Assembly (NCBI GenBank): GCA_042408215.1
Contig: JAYFMW010000022.1
Span: 1-64,000, forward strand
Source: Microcoleus sp.
GTDB taxonomy: Bacteria > Cyanobacteriota > Cyanobacteriia > Cyanobacteriales > Microcoleaceae
Reading direction: 5' to 3'
Length of the DNA stretch: 64,000 bases
Shown: piece by piece, positions 38,436-47,730 of the stretch
Position numbering within the stretch: position 1 is the first letter of the stretch
Layout of the letters: each line of letters starts with the position of its first letter
The notes under the pieces: generated by a model
Databases searched by the model: none
Seen by the model: the letters and a program-made list of their open reading frames with translations, nothing else
What the model was told of the DNA's origin: nothing
Program-made: the position numbers and the translations under genes

Positions 38436-38875
38436 AACAGGCAAGATGCCTGTTCCACAAAGAGTGAGTTTTCTGGTATTGCTAATACTATAACAGGCAA
38501 GATGCCTGTTCCACAAAGAGTGAGTTTTCTGGTATTGCTAATACCATAACAGGCAAGATGCCTGTTCCACAAAGAGTGATTTTTCTGGTATTGCTAATAC
38601 TATAACAGGCAAGATGCCTGTTCCACAAAGAGTGATTTTTCTGGTATTGCTAATACTATAACAGGCAAGATGCCTGTTCCACAAAGAGTGATTTTTCTGG
38701 TATTGCTAATACTATAACAGGCAAGATGCCTGTTCCACAAAGAGTGATTTTTCTGGTATTGCTAATACTATAACAGGCAAGATGCCTGTTCCACAAAGAG
38801 TGAGTTTTCTGGTATTGCTAATACTATAACAGGCAAGATGCCTGTTCCACAAAGAGTGATTTTTCTGGTATTGCC
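38436..38875. repeat. 56-bp tandem repeat x8 containing a REP-like hairpin
   Basis: aacaggcaagatgcctgttccacaaagagtga(g/t)ttttctggtattgctaatactat; the hairpin recurs at ~49460-49550. Confidence 0.95.
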
Positions 38876-38879
38876 AAAA

Positions 38880-39548
38880 CTATTCCTGTTCCCAAGCGGC
38901 CACAGCTTCCCATCCCAAACCGCGGCGAACAATAGTCGGTTCGCTGTCCGTTAAATCGAGAATGGTAGACACTTGATATCTCGGATCGGAACCGTCATCG
39001 ACAATGACATCTACCAACTTGTCAAAACTGTCAAACAGTTCAGCTTTACCAAAATTTTCTGTTTGAGCGGCCACAGCTACAGGTGCTTCACCTTCATCAT
39101 CTGCACTAATGTGAGCGGAAGTTGAAATAATCGGATTTCCCAAGGCTTCCAATAGTGTAAAACAAATTGGGCGATCGGGAACGCGAATTCCCGTGGTTTT
39201 GCGTTTCGGGTTCATCACCAGCCGCGGTACTAACTTGGTAGCTGGTAGCAGAAACGTGTAAGGTCCGGGAATCAACCGTTTGATAATTCGGTAAGCCTCA
39301 TCGCTGACAACGGCGTACTCCGCAATATTTGACAGAGAAGAACAGAGGAACGTTAAGGGCTTATCATTGGATAGTTGCTTGATCTGCCTGACTCGTTCGA
39401 TCGCAGATTTGGCATTGAGGTCGCAGCCGATCGCATAAACCGTATCTGTCGGGTAAAGCATCAAGGCACCACCTTTAAGGGCATCTTTAATCTTCTCTAT
39501 CCGCTCTTTTTGGGGTGTAACTGGATGCAGTTCGTAAATAGTTGCCAT
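38880..39548 (-). CDS. tsaC: L-threonylcarbamoyladenylate synthase (Sua5/YrdC/YciO)
   Basis: YPTDTVYAIGC, PGPYTF, GIRVPD, STSA. Confidence 0.85.
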   Translation of the reverse strand: MATIYELHPVTPQKERIEKIKDALKGGALMLYPTDTVYAIGCDLNAKSAIERVRQIKQLSNDKPLTFLCSSLSNIAEYAVVSDEAYRIIKRLIPGPYTFLLPATKLVPRLVMNPKRKTTGIRVPDRPICFTLLEALGNPIISTSAHISADDEGEAPVAVAAQTENFGKAELFDSFDKLVDVIVDDGSDPRYQVSTILDLTDSEPTIVRRGLGWEAVAAWEQE

Positions 39549-39623
39549 GTTAAGATATTGCAGGCTAAGTGGGCGATCGAAATATCCGGTCAAACAATCA
39601 ATGATGAAAATTAATTGTCAATA

Positions 39624-41033
39624 ATGAATAAAATAGCTTATTTTGAATGCCCAACCGGCATTGCTGGCGATATGTGTCTCGGTGCCCTCGTCCACGCCGG
39701 CGTACCTTTGGAGTACCTGATCGAAAAACTCAATTTGCTCGGCATTTCGACAGAGTACCAATTGCGCGCCGAATTAGTCCACCGCAATACTCAGCAAGCA
39801 ACTAAAGTTTATGTCGATTTAACTTCGGATTTGCGGGAAAAAGCCCAAAATCCCACTGCTGACTCCACCTTCGAGCCCTCAGAAACAGAATCCCCAACTT
39901 TCGATCGCAGCCACCACCATCATCACGGTGACGAACATTCTCACAGTCACGACGAGGGCGATGCCGAAATTAGCCACAATCCTCATCGCCACTTGCCGCA
40001 AATTGAGCAAATCATCCTCTCTGCAAAGTTGCCAAAGCGTGTAGAAGCCTGGAGTTTGGCCATATTTCGGAAATTGGCAGAAGCAGAAGGTGCCGTACAT
40101 GGCATCCCCCCAAAGGAGGTTCACTTTCACGAGGTGGGGGCTACGGATGCACTTGTGGATATTATCGGTACTTGTTTGGGTTTGGATTGGTTCGATATTG
40201 ACGAATTTTACTTTTCGGCGATGCCGACTGGTGGCGGTACGGTGAAAGCGGCCCACGGCAGATTGGTGGTGCCGACGCCGGCGGTGATGCGGTTGTGGGA
40301 AATGCACTCGGTGCCGGTTTACAGCAATGGGATCGATCGCGAATTGTGCACGCCTACGGGAACTGCGATCGCCTGTACTCTGGCTGAGGGGTTTGGCCCG
40401 CCACCAGAAATGCAAATTCGGGCGATCGGATTGGGTGCCGGTTCTCGAATGCTGGCAATTCCTAATATTTTGCGCCTCTGGATTGGGGAGAAGGCAGAAG
40501 GCAGTTCGGCAACGGATTCTGTAACGGATTTAACGGATTTAACGCCGGGAAGAAAGAGGGAAGTATTTAAACAATGCCCAATTCCTGATTCCCTAGAAAC
40601 TATTGCGGTGTTGGAAACACAAATTGACGATTTGAGTCCCCAGGCGATCGGCTATGTTTTTGATGCTTTGTTTGTCGCCGGATCCCTGGATGTTTTTACT
40701 CAACCAATTGTGATGAAAAAGTCGCGGTTGGGGGTTTTGTTAACTGTGATTTGTCATCCCGAAACTCAAGCAGCTTGCGAAACAGTGATCTTTCGCGAAA
40801 CTACTACTTTGGGAATTAGGCGATCGACTCAACAAAGAACGATTTTGCACCGAGAAATCCAGACTGTTCAAACAGAATACGGTGAAGTGCAAATAAAAGT
40901 TGCGAAGACTGGACAAACAATTACTAATGTGCAGCCAGAATACGAAGATTGCGCGGAAATTGCCAGACTTAAAAATATTAGCTGGCGGGAAGTTCATCGC
41001 TTGGCGCTGCAAAGTTGGTACGATCGAACTTAG
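39624..41033 (+). CDS. larC: Nickel pincer cofactor biosynthesis protein LarC
   Basis: GIAGDM, His-rich loop, VHFHEVGATD, ETQIDD, MKKSR, QPEYED. Confidence 0.92.
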   Translation: MNKIAYFECPTGIAGDMCLGALVHAGVPLEYLIEKLNLLGISTEYQLRAELVHRNTQQATKVYVDLTSDLREKAQNPTADSTFEPSETESPTFDRSHHHHHGDEHSHSHDEGDAEISHNPHRHLPQIEQIILSAKLPKRVEAWSLAIFRKLAEAEGAVHGIPPKEVHFHEVGATDALVDIIGTCLGLDWFDIDEFYFSAMPTGGGTVKAAHGRLVVPTPAVMRLWEMHSVPVYSNGIDRELCTPTGTAIACTLAEGFGPPPEMQIRAIGLGAGSRMLAIPNILRLWIGEKAEGSSATDSVTDLTDLTPGRKREVFKQCPIPDSLETIAVLETQIDDLSPQAIGYVFDALFVAGSLDVFTQPIVMKKSRLGVLLTVICHPETQAACETVIFRETTTLGIRRSTQQRTILHREIQTVQTEYGEVQIKVAKTGQTITNVQPEYEDCAEIARLKNISWREVHRLALQSWYDRT

Positions 41034-41171
41034 TTAAAACTTACGCAGGGACTGGTTGAAACCGCTCCTTGTCAAACGAAGTCTGCCGGAGCAGACTAAG
41101 AGCTCAAGGGGGTATTTAACCAAGATTAGGTCTAATAATTACTAACAGTCTTGGACGCATTTCAACCTAAT

Positions 41172-41279
41172 TACAGCAGTTCCCGCTGTTATGAAACACG
41201 GTAGGGACACGGCTCTTGGAGTGTCCCTAGGAGGATTGAACGATAAGTGGGTGTACCTCATAACAGCGGTTTCCGCTGT
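41172..41279. mobile_element. MITE; empty counterpart of 55547-55887
   Basis: TIR acagc..cgctgttatga / tcataacagcg..gctgt. Confidence 0.75.
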
Positions 41280-41338
41280 CTGTCATTCGCAACGCTCAGA
41301 ATGACAGACAATAGCTGGGTAAATCCTGACTAAAATGC

Positions 41339-42196
41339 TTATAGCAGTCGGCGGCTTTGTAAAATTTGTTGTTGCCATTGTTCAAAAGTGTGCATTTTTG
41401 AGCGATCATCTCGATCGACGATCGCCCTCATTTGCTCCATCAGCTCGATCGCCAGCGGTACGCCAAGCTGCAATTGCTCCAAAACCTCCCGCTGAGCAAA
41501 AACTGTTTCCGGTGTTCCTTCTAAAATCAGTTGTCCTCGATCCATTACAAACACCCAATCTGCCCAGCGATAGATGAAATCTAGATCGTGACTTGCTAAG
41601 AGAATTGTAGTACCACTGGAGTGAATTTGTTGGAGTAAACCGATCAGTTGTCGGGTGTGGCGCGGATCGAGATAGGCGGTAGGTTCATCTAACAGCAGCA
41701 GTTTGGGTTTGAGCACCATGATATCGGCGATCGAAACGCGCTTTTTCTGTCCTAAACTGAGATTGTGAATCGGTTGACTAGCCAATTCAGTTAAATTGAA
41801 TTGCTCGATCGCCTCCTGCACCATTCTAGCAATATCCGGTTCTGCTAAACCCAAATTGTACAACCCGTAGGAGATATCTTCTTCTACCGTCGAAGCAACT
41901 AATTGATGTTCGGGATTTTGAAATACCAGCCCGATTTGTTGGCGCAATTGCATCAAGGATTTGCGATCGTAGCGTAAGGGTTCACCTTCCCAGCGAATGA
42001 TTCCCTGTTGCGGTTGATACAAGCCATTTGCTAACAGAAAAAAGGTGGTTTTGCCACAACCATTTTGACCGATTAGCCCGCAGCGTTTGCCGGCGGGGAC
42101 TTTGAGGTTTAAACCGTGAATTGCCGATCGCGCACTACAGGGATAGGAGTAGAAAGTGCGATCGAATTCGAGAATTGGGCCTGGGGAATTGGGCAT
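41339..42196 (-). CDS. cbiO: ECF cobalt transporter ATPase CbiO
   Basis: GQNGCGKT, FQNPEHQL, LSLGQKKR, LLDEPTAYLD; start trimmed to exclude the STRR-encoded extension. Confidence 0.88.
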   Translation of the reverse strand: MPNSPGPILEFDRTFYSYPCSARSAIHGLNLKVPAGKRCGLIGQNGCGKTTFFLLANGLYQPQQGIIRWEGEPLRYDRKSLMQLRQQIGLVFQNPEHQLVASTVEEDISYGLYNLGLAEPDIARMVQEAIEQFNLTELASQPIHNLSLGQKKRVSIADIMVLKPKLLLLDEPTAYLDPRHTRQLIGLLQQIHSSGTTILLASHDLDFIYRWADWVFVMDRGQLILEGTPETVFAQREVLEQLQLGVPLAIELMEQMRAIVDRDDRSKMHTFEQWQQQILQSRRLL

Positions 42197-42293
42197 AGGG
42201 CATAGGGCATGGGGCATAGGGCATAGGGCATGGGGCATGGGGCATAGGACATGGGGCATTGAGCATTAGCTTTGTTCCCAGGCTCTGCTCATG

Positions 42294-42499
42294 GGTGATA
42301 ACTTAAGACTAAAACCCATAATAAAATTCCCTTGTAGTCGAGTCTAGATCCCCCTAAATCCCCCTGAAGAAGGGAGTAGGGTGTGAGTAGGGGTTGACTT
42401 TGAGACTGCTCTTGTCCCCCCCTTAAGAAGGGGGGTTAGGGGGGATCTAGACTTCGATATAAACAAGAGAGACTGAATGTTTAAGATTAAGTTGTCACC
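42294..42499. mobile_element. MITE (ggtg..aacttaa TIR) with nested gatcccc repeat
   Basis: ggtgataacttaa / ttaagttgtcacc. Confidence 0.7.
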
Positions 42500-42546
42500 A
42501 ATTTCCAATGGGCCATTCCCAAGACCCGATTCCCATTATATTTGTG

Positions 42547-43413
42547 TCAGCCTTCATCTGGTTTTGACAACTGCCAAAGTTGAATTTCATAACACAAATG
42601 CTGCTCAAAAAGTTGGCTTGCTTCCAATCCTTCAACAACCAACTTTTTGAACCAGCGACGAAATATCCAGCGCAGGAGTTTGTGTATAGGCGGAACTGCG
42701 ATCGCAATCAAATCTGCAACATAGATCATTGTATTCAGTCCATATCTGCGGAAAGTATCGACATAAAGGTCGATCGTTGGCAAAATATGGGCGGAAATAT
42801 CCTCACTTTTTACTAAAGTGAATCCAGCCTGTTTTAAGGCTGCATGAAGTTCAGTCACAACATGACAATTAGAGAACATTCCTTCTTTATAATTAGCATC
42901 AGATCGCATCATGTCGGCCAGCAGCACATAGCCTCCGGGATTGAGGATTTTGGCTGCACCGTTAGCAATATCAACAGCCGACATATATTGGCTACTTTCG
43001 CTAAAGAGAATCAGATCGTAAAATTTGATTGCTCGGAAAGTTTCAAAGGTTGTGAGGTGGAAGATGGCGCGATCGCCCGTACACTTGAGAAAGCGCTGTT
43101 GTTGAAACGGATCTGGTGCGAGTCCTTCCACTGCAAAACCGCGATCGAGCAAATAAGCCGCATTACCGCCAATCCCACAGCCCACATCCAGGATGCTATG
43201 AGTGCCCTTGGGGATCGCATCCAAGAGTTTGACTGTATAAGCTTGCTGAGCGCTGCGTAATCGCGCGAGTGTTAGTTCATCCGCCGGCACAGGTAGGGTT
43301 TCCCAATAGCCATAGTGAAGATAGGGGGATTCTGTCAGGCCCAAATAGTAATTAAGCGCTGCATTTTGGTAGCGAGTTACTTTGGAAATTTCGATTGATT
43401 TTGGCTGCGACAT
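42547..43413 (-). CDS. Class I SAM-dependent methyltransferase
   Basis: YLHYGYW, LDVGCGIGG, FSESSQY, LNPGG. Confidence 0.88.
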   Translation of the reverse strand: MSQPKSIEISKVTRYQNAALNYYLGLTESPYLHYGYWETLPVPADELTLARLRSAQQAYTVKLLDAIPKGTHSILDVGCGIGGNAAYLLDRGFAVEGLAPDPFQQQRFLKCTGDRAIFHLTTFETFRAIKFYDLILFSESSQYMSAVDIANGAAKILNPGGYVLLADMMRSDANYKEGMFSNCHVVTELHAALKQAGFTLVKSEDISAHILPTIDLYVDTFRRYGLNTMIYVADLIAIAVPPIHKLLRWIFRRWFKKLVVEGLEASQLFEQHLCYEIQLWQLSKPDEG

Positions 43414-43432
43414 TAGGAAAATTTAGTAACTT

Positions 43433-43873
43433 TTAGGATTTCGGGCAGGGTTGAAATTCTTCCCAGCGCTTGCATACCTGTTCATAGCACTCAACAGGCG
43501 AAATTGCCAAGTTTTGTAATAAATTGATATCAATGTGATTATTGGCGAGCAGTAGAAAAATAATTGCTTTTTCTGGTTCGTAGCTAGCAATGATTTGGAG
43601 CAGATTTGAAACAGTATTTTCCTCTAGTTCTAGTTGTTGCAAATAAGCAGTTGCGTGCAATTGGGAAATAAATTGCAGATCGTACTTTACAGTATCTACG
43701 CTCCAATTGATAGAACCGTTAATGGGAGTATTGATTTGGCAAACAACAATACCTCGTCCTAGATGCCAAAAGCCATTCCAAGCAGTATATCCGATCGACA
43801 AAATATTCTGGTGAATAAACAAGTTTTGCCAGTAGCTAAAACTACCCTGCCAAACACTATCTTTGATTCGCAT
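43433..43873 (-). CDS. Conserved cyanobacterial hypothetical protein
   Basis: GYTAWNGF..GRGIVVC, YEPEK, CYEQV; co-oriented in an apparent operon. Confidence 0.75.
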   Translation of the reverse strand: MRIKDSVWQGSFSYWQNLFIHQNILSIGYTAWNGFWHLGRGIVVCQINTPINGSINWSVDTVKYDLQFISQLHATAYLQQLELEENTVSNLLQIIASYEPEKAIIFLLLANNHIDINLLQNLAISPVECYEQVCKRWEEFQPCPKS

Positions 43874-43878
43874 TTCTT

Positions 43879-43992
43879 TTAGTTTCCCGTTGCGCCGACG
43901 AAAAGCAGTTTTAACTCAAAATTGCGTTTTTGTCGATCGTCCAAGGGAACACAACAGCCGATTAATTTTAAAAATACTGAACTAACCATCAT
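43879..43992 (-). CDS. Putative 37-aa ORF directly after the riboswitch
   Basis: gcgagg RBS then MMVSSVFLKLIGCCVPLDDRQKRNFELKLLFVGATGN*; stop 5 nt before the next ATG. Confidence 0.4.
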   Translation of the reverse strand: MMVSSVFLKLIGCCVPLDDRQKRNFELKLLFVGATGN

Positions 43993-44027
43993 CCATACCT
44001 CGCAGATGAAAAACATGATTGTCAACA

Positions 44028-44150
44028 AATCGGCGGGCATTCTGACTCAGAGATGCAATAATCTCATTACAGTTGCGGGACAGCGCCGGATTCGCACCGA
44101 ACTTTCCCCCTTGCGTCTGATGTGTGTTTGTCATCAGAGCCGATCGATAT
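44028..44150 (-). ncRNA. Cobalamin riboswitch
   Basis: Minus strand gggaaagttcggtgcgaatccggcgctgtcccgcaactgt...gagtcagaatgcccgcc. Confidence 0.93.
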
Positions 44151-44216
44151 AGGGGGATAGTAGCACTATTTGGGATATTTGACAAAAATAGCTCTTAAAA
44201 ATTCAGCAGGCGGGCT

Positions 44217-44768
44217 TCATACAGCATTTGCTGTTTCACGTACAGATTGAAGAAAATGAACGATCTCTTGCATAACTGAAGACAATTGTAGAATCTCAAT
44301 ATCTTTATTAGTCAATCGAGCGATAATCTCTGAGCGATCCTGAACTATTTCCGATCGAGCAATCAATTCTTCTAAAGTTTTTTTAGGTTTGATAACGGCG
44401 CGATCGAGTATATCTTGATGTGGTATGTATCCTAGCAACCGCGAAAGCAAAGAGACATCTTGAAAAAAGATAATTTCCATTTCAGGAACAGCCATAACTA
44501 CTTTGACTGGCGTATTTATAGATACGCTTTCAACTGTTTCTTCAATATCTTTGCGGCGTTGTTGAACTAACTCCGGTACCACTGAATCTGCATCAACTAC
44601 AATAACAACTGGTACTCGTCGGCGCACCACTAGAGAACGAGCTAGTGACTCGACACCAGATACTCTACCAACAGCAACAACTCCCACATCAGTGAGTAAA
44701 TTTGCTGGCAGCACAGTTTTAAGTAATTGTGCATCGAAAGACCCTTCACAAATAATGTAAGTAATCAT
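44217..44768 (-). CDS. Hypothetical protein with TOPRIM-like motifs
   Basis: YIICEGSFD and IVVDAD. Confidence 0.7.
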   Translation of the reverse strand: MITYIICEGSFDAQLLKTVLPANLLTDVGVVAVGRVSGVESLARSLVVRRRVPVVIVVDADSVVPELVQQRRKDIEETVESVSINTPVKVVMAVPEMEIIFFQDVSLLSRLLGYIPHQDILDRAVIKPKKTLEELIARSEIVQDRSEIIARLTNKDIEILQLSSVMQEIVHFLQSVRETANAV

Positions 44769-45319
44769 TGAATATATCTCTCTCTAATGTTATAATCAGG
44801 CAACCCATCTTCTATATATCCACGATATTTTAGGATTAATAGTTCACAGATATTTTCATTATCTAACGCATATTTTATTTCTTCTCCATCCCACAGTAGG
44901 ATTGCTTGGGGTGATGAGAAACAAGATAGATTGCGGGCTGGTAGTGTAAAGCCAGTTCGACTAAAAACCAATCCAACTACACCAGCAGGACGGCGTAAAA
45001 GCTGATTGCGAAGCTTAGCAATAGGAGCAATATTAACTTTTGTTCCGTCTGCAAAGTCTTTGCTTTCAACTAAACAAGAAAGTCCCAAACAATGGACAGC
45101 ACCATCAATTTGTTCAACTTCCTCATCAAAAAGTTTCACGCTGTAAGGCCATCTTACCTGTGCAGCATCAAGTTGAAATGCTCGTAGAACCAGGTACTCA
45201 AAGGCTTTGCCCGCGTCCCATCCAGGGGTGCTACGATTCTCGATATTGTCCCATAGAGTTCGTAACTCATCCCATTGTAGCGACTGAATCATCCTTTCAT
45301 AATCTTTTGACGCAACCAA
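44765..45319 (-). CDS. Mrr-like PD-(D/E)xK restriction endonuclease
   Basis: GKAFEYLV, EQIDG, LVESK, FSRTGFT, LWDGEEI. Confidence 0.8.
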   Translation of the reverse strand: MVASKDYERMIQSLQWDELRTLWDNIENRSTPGWDAGKAFEYLVLRAFQLDAAQVRWPYSVKLFDEEVEQIDGAVHCLGLSCLVESKDFADGTKVNIAPIAKLRNQLLRRPAGVVGLVFSRTGFTLPARNLSCFSSPQAILLWDGEEIKYALDNENICELLILKYRGYIEDGLPDYNIRERYIQ

Positions 45320-45508
45320 TTTTTATACTCCACTCCAATAACTACACGCTTCTCAGTAAGTAATCTATTTAAGTTTATCATAAAACTTGATAACTGATTA
45401 TCGTCACCCGCCAGAGATTACCTCGAACGCCGAAAAGATCGCCTTTACGATCGGTACAATACTATCACATCTTGCTGTAGGCATAGCCCGATCGCCAAGA
45501 TATCCCCA

Positions 45509-45573
45509 TTTTCATAATCTTTTCATTTTTGCTGAATCTGTGGTATATTAAAACAATGAAAGAATTATAAAAA
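45509..45573. promoter_or_regulatory. Two ManR-type boxes flanking a -10 upstream of mntC
   Basis: AATGAAAA-gat-TATGAAAA (minus strand, 45509-45527) and AATGAAAG-aat-TATAAAAA (45555-45573); TGgTATATT at 45541-45549. Confidence 0.7.
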
Positions 45574-45579
45574 ACCACA

Positions 45580-46560
45580 ATGAATCATCAGGCGCTCTGC
45601 CGTAAAACGTATAAAATTGGTATATTCGGGCTATTGCTTGGTTTTTGGCTCAGCGGGTGTAACGCTCAGACGACCGATCCTCAAACCAAGCAAAATGGCG
45701 ATTCTAGCCCGATCGCCAGCAATTCCACCCGAAAAGACAAAAAAGTCATTCTCACCACCTTTACCGTCCTGGCAGACATGGCTCAGAACGTTGCGGGGGC
45801 AAAGGCGATTGTCGAATCAATTACCAAGCCTGGGGCGGAAATTCACGGCTATGAAGTTACGCCCAGCGACTTAAAACGGGGGAAAGATGCCAATTTGATT
45901 TTAGAAAACGGCCTGAACTTAGAGCGCTGGGCCACCCGATTTTACAACAGTCTCCCCAAAGTTTCTCACATTACCCTAAGTGAGGGAGTTCAACCAGTAA
46001 ATATTGCAGAAGATGCCTATCAAGGCAAACCCAATCCCCATGCTTGGATGTCGCCAAAAAATGCCTTGATTTACGTCGATAACATTCGCAAGACATTAGG
46101 AAATCTCGACCCGGTTAACGCTGCAAGCTATAACGCGAATGCGGCAAAATACAGTGAGCAAATTAAGGCCATTGACGTAAAACTCAAACAAGCTATTTCA
46201 GCCATTCCCCCCGACAAACGCTACATAGTAAGTTGCGAAGGTGCCTTCTCCTACATAGCCCGCGATTACGGCTTAAAAGAAGTGTACCTGTGGCCAGTCA
46301 ACGCCGAACAACAAGCCACACCAAAACAAGTTGAACGGGTGATTAATACAGTCAAAGCAAACCAAATACCGGCTGTATTTTGCGAGAGTACCGTCAGCAA
46401 TCAAGCACAGCTTCAGGTAGCAAAAGAAACAGGCGCAAAATTTGCCGGGGTGTTTTATGTCGATTCCCTATCTCCACCCGACGGGCCCGCATCAACCTAT
46501 CTTAAGTTACTTGAATATAATGTCAATACTTTGATAAAAGGACTACAGGTTAATCGGTAA
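45580..46560 (+). CDS. mntC: Mn ABC transporter substrate-binding lipoprotein
   Basis: Lipobox LSGC; EIHGYE, NPHAW, CEGAF, VDSL. Confidence 0.88.
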   Translation: MNHQALCRKTYKIGIFGLLLGFWLSGCNAQTTDPQTKQNGDSSPIASNSTRKDKKVILTTFTVLADMAQNVAGAKAIVESITKPGAEIHGYEVTPSDLKRGKDANLILENGLNLERWATRFYNSLPKVSHITLSEGVQPVNIAEDAYQGKPNPHAWMSPKNALIYVDNIRKTLGNLDPVNAASYNANAAKYSEQIKAIDVKLKQAISAIPPDKRYIVSCEGAFSYIARDYGLKEVYLWPVNAEQQATPKQVERVINTVKANQIPAVFCESTVSNQAQLQVAKETGAKFAGVFYVDSLSPPDGPASTYLKLLEYNVNTLIKGLQVNR

Positions 46561-46576
46561 TGGGGCATTGGGGAAT

Positions 46577-46922
46577 GGTGTCAAGTTAAGCCTGAACCCA
46601 TATAAATGTCGCTTTTAGGCAAAGTTTAGATCCCCCTAAATCCCCCTTAAGAAGGGGGACTTTGAGAAGACTCTTGTCCCCCCCTTAAGAAGGGGGGCTA
46701 GGGCAGGGCTGTTTCATTCTCTGTAGGGGCGGTGCCCCCGTGCCCGCCCCCATCCATGAAACACATAACAAAATCGTGGACGAAGAGGGTAGGCACGGGG
46801 GCACTACCCCTACAAAATGATGATTTGTCTGAGAATGAAACCGCCCTAGGGGCTAGGGGGGATCGATCCCTAATCGTCAGACAGGAGACTGGTAGTAGGT
46901 TTTGAGCCTCGTGCGTAAGTTC
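46577..46922. mobile_element. Nested repeat composite between mntC and mntA
   Basis: gatcccc repeat interrupted by agggctgtttcattctc..gagaatgaaaccgccct (46705-46847), which holds a GTAG REP doublet (46723-46813). Confidence 0.7.
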
Positions 46923-46953
46923 TTTAGGTAATTGGTAATTGGGAGAAAATCAG

Positions 46954-47730
46954 ATGAATGAAATCAGCATTGATCTTGAGAATGTGACAGTTGCTTATCA
47001 TGGCAAAGTAGCCTTGCACAGCGCCTCACTGCAACTCCAACCGGGGACAATTTGTGGTTTGGTGGGGATGAATGGCGCGGGAAAATCGACTTTATTCAAG
47101 GCAATTATGGGGTTTGTCAAGCCAAACACCGGACGAATTTTAATTAATGGTTTGCCGATTCGTCAAGTGCAAAAATGCAATTTGGTTGCCTATGTGCCTC
47201 AGTCGGAAGAGGTAGATTGGAATTTTCCGGTGAACGTTTATGATGTGGTGATGATGGGACGCTATGGGTACATGAATCTGTTGCGGATTCCTAGATCGAT
47301 CGATAAACAAGCCGTGCGAGAAAGTTTGGAAAGGGTGGAAATGTGGCCCATGGGCGATCGGCAAATCGGAGAGTTATCCGGCGGACAAAAAAAACGCACC
47401 TTTTTTGCGCGGGCTTTGGCGCAACAGGGCAAAGTTTTGCTATTGGATGAACCCTTTGCCGGAGTCGATATCAAAACCGAGAAAATGATGATTAACCTGT
47501 TAATGGAACTGCGCCAAACAGGACATACAATTCTCGTTTCAACTCATGATTTAGAATCCATTACCACATTTTGCGACCAAGTAGTATTAATTAATCGCAG
47601 CATTCTCGCCTATGGTAACACCTCGGAAGTGTTTACAGAGGAAAATCTTTCCCGCACCTTTGGCGGTTCTGTGGGTGATTTTTCGTCTGCCAAAAGTCGG
47701 TTAATTCAAGTCAATAGGGAGGAAAAATAA
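46954..47730 (+). CDS. mntA: Mn ABC transporter ATPase
   Basis: [27 protein letters not shown]. Confidence 0.88.
   Translation: MNEISIDLENVTVAYHGKVALHSASLQLQPGTICGLVGMNGAGKSTLFKAIMGFVKPNTGRILINGLPIRQVQKCNLVAYVPQSEEVDWNFPVNVYDVVMMGRYGYMNLLRIPRSIDKQAVRESLERVEMWPMGDRQIGELSGGQKKRTFFARALAQQGKVLLLDEPFAGVDIKTEKMMINLLMELRQTGHTILVSTHDLESITTFCDQVVLINRSILAYGNTSEVFTEENLSRTFGGSVGDFSSAKSRLIQVNREEK

Noticed and set aside
38436..38875. CRISPR array associated with the neighbouring TnpB
   Set aside because: Whole 56-bp units are near-identical (no unique spacers) and the array lies outside the element's left end
42197..42259. CbiO N-terminal MPHALCP repeats
   Set aside because: Translation of an STRR heptamer tract; probably non-coding
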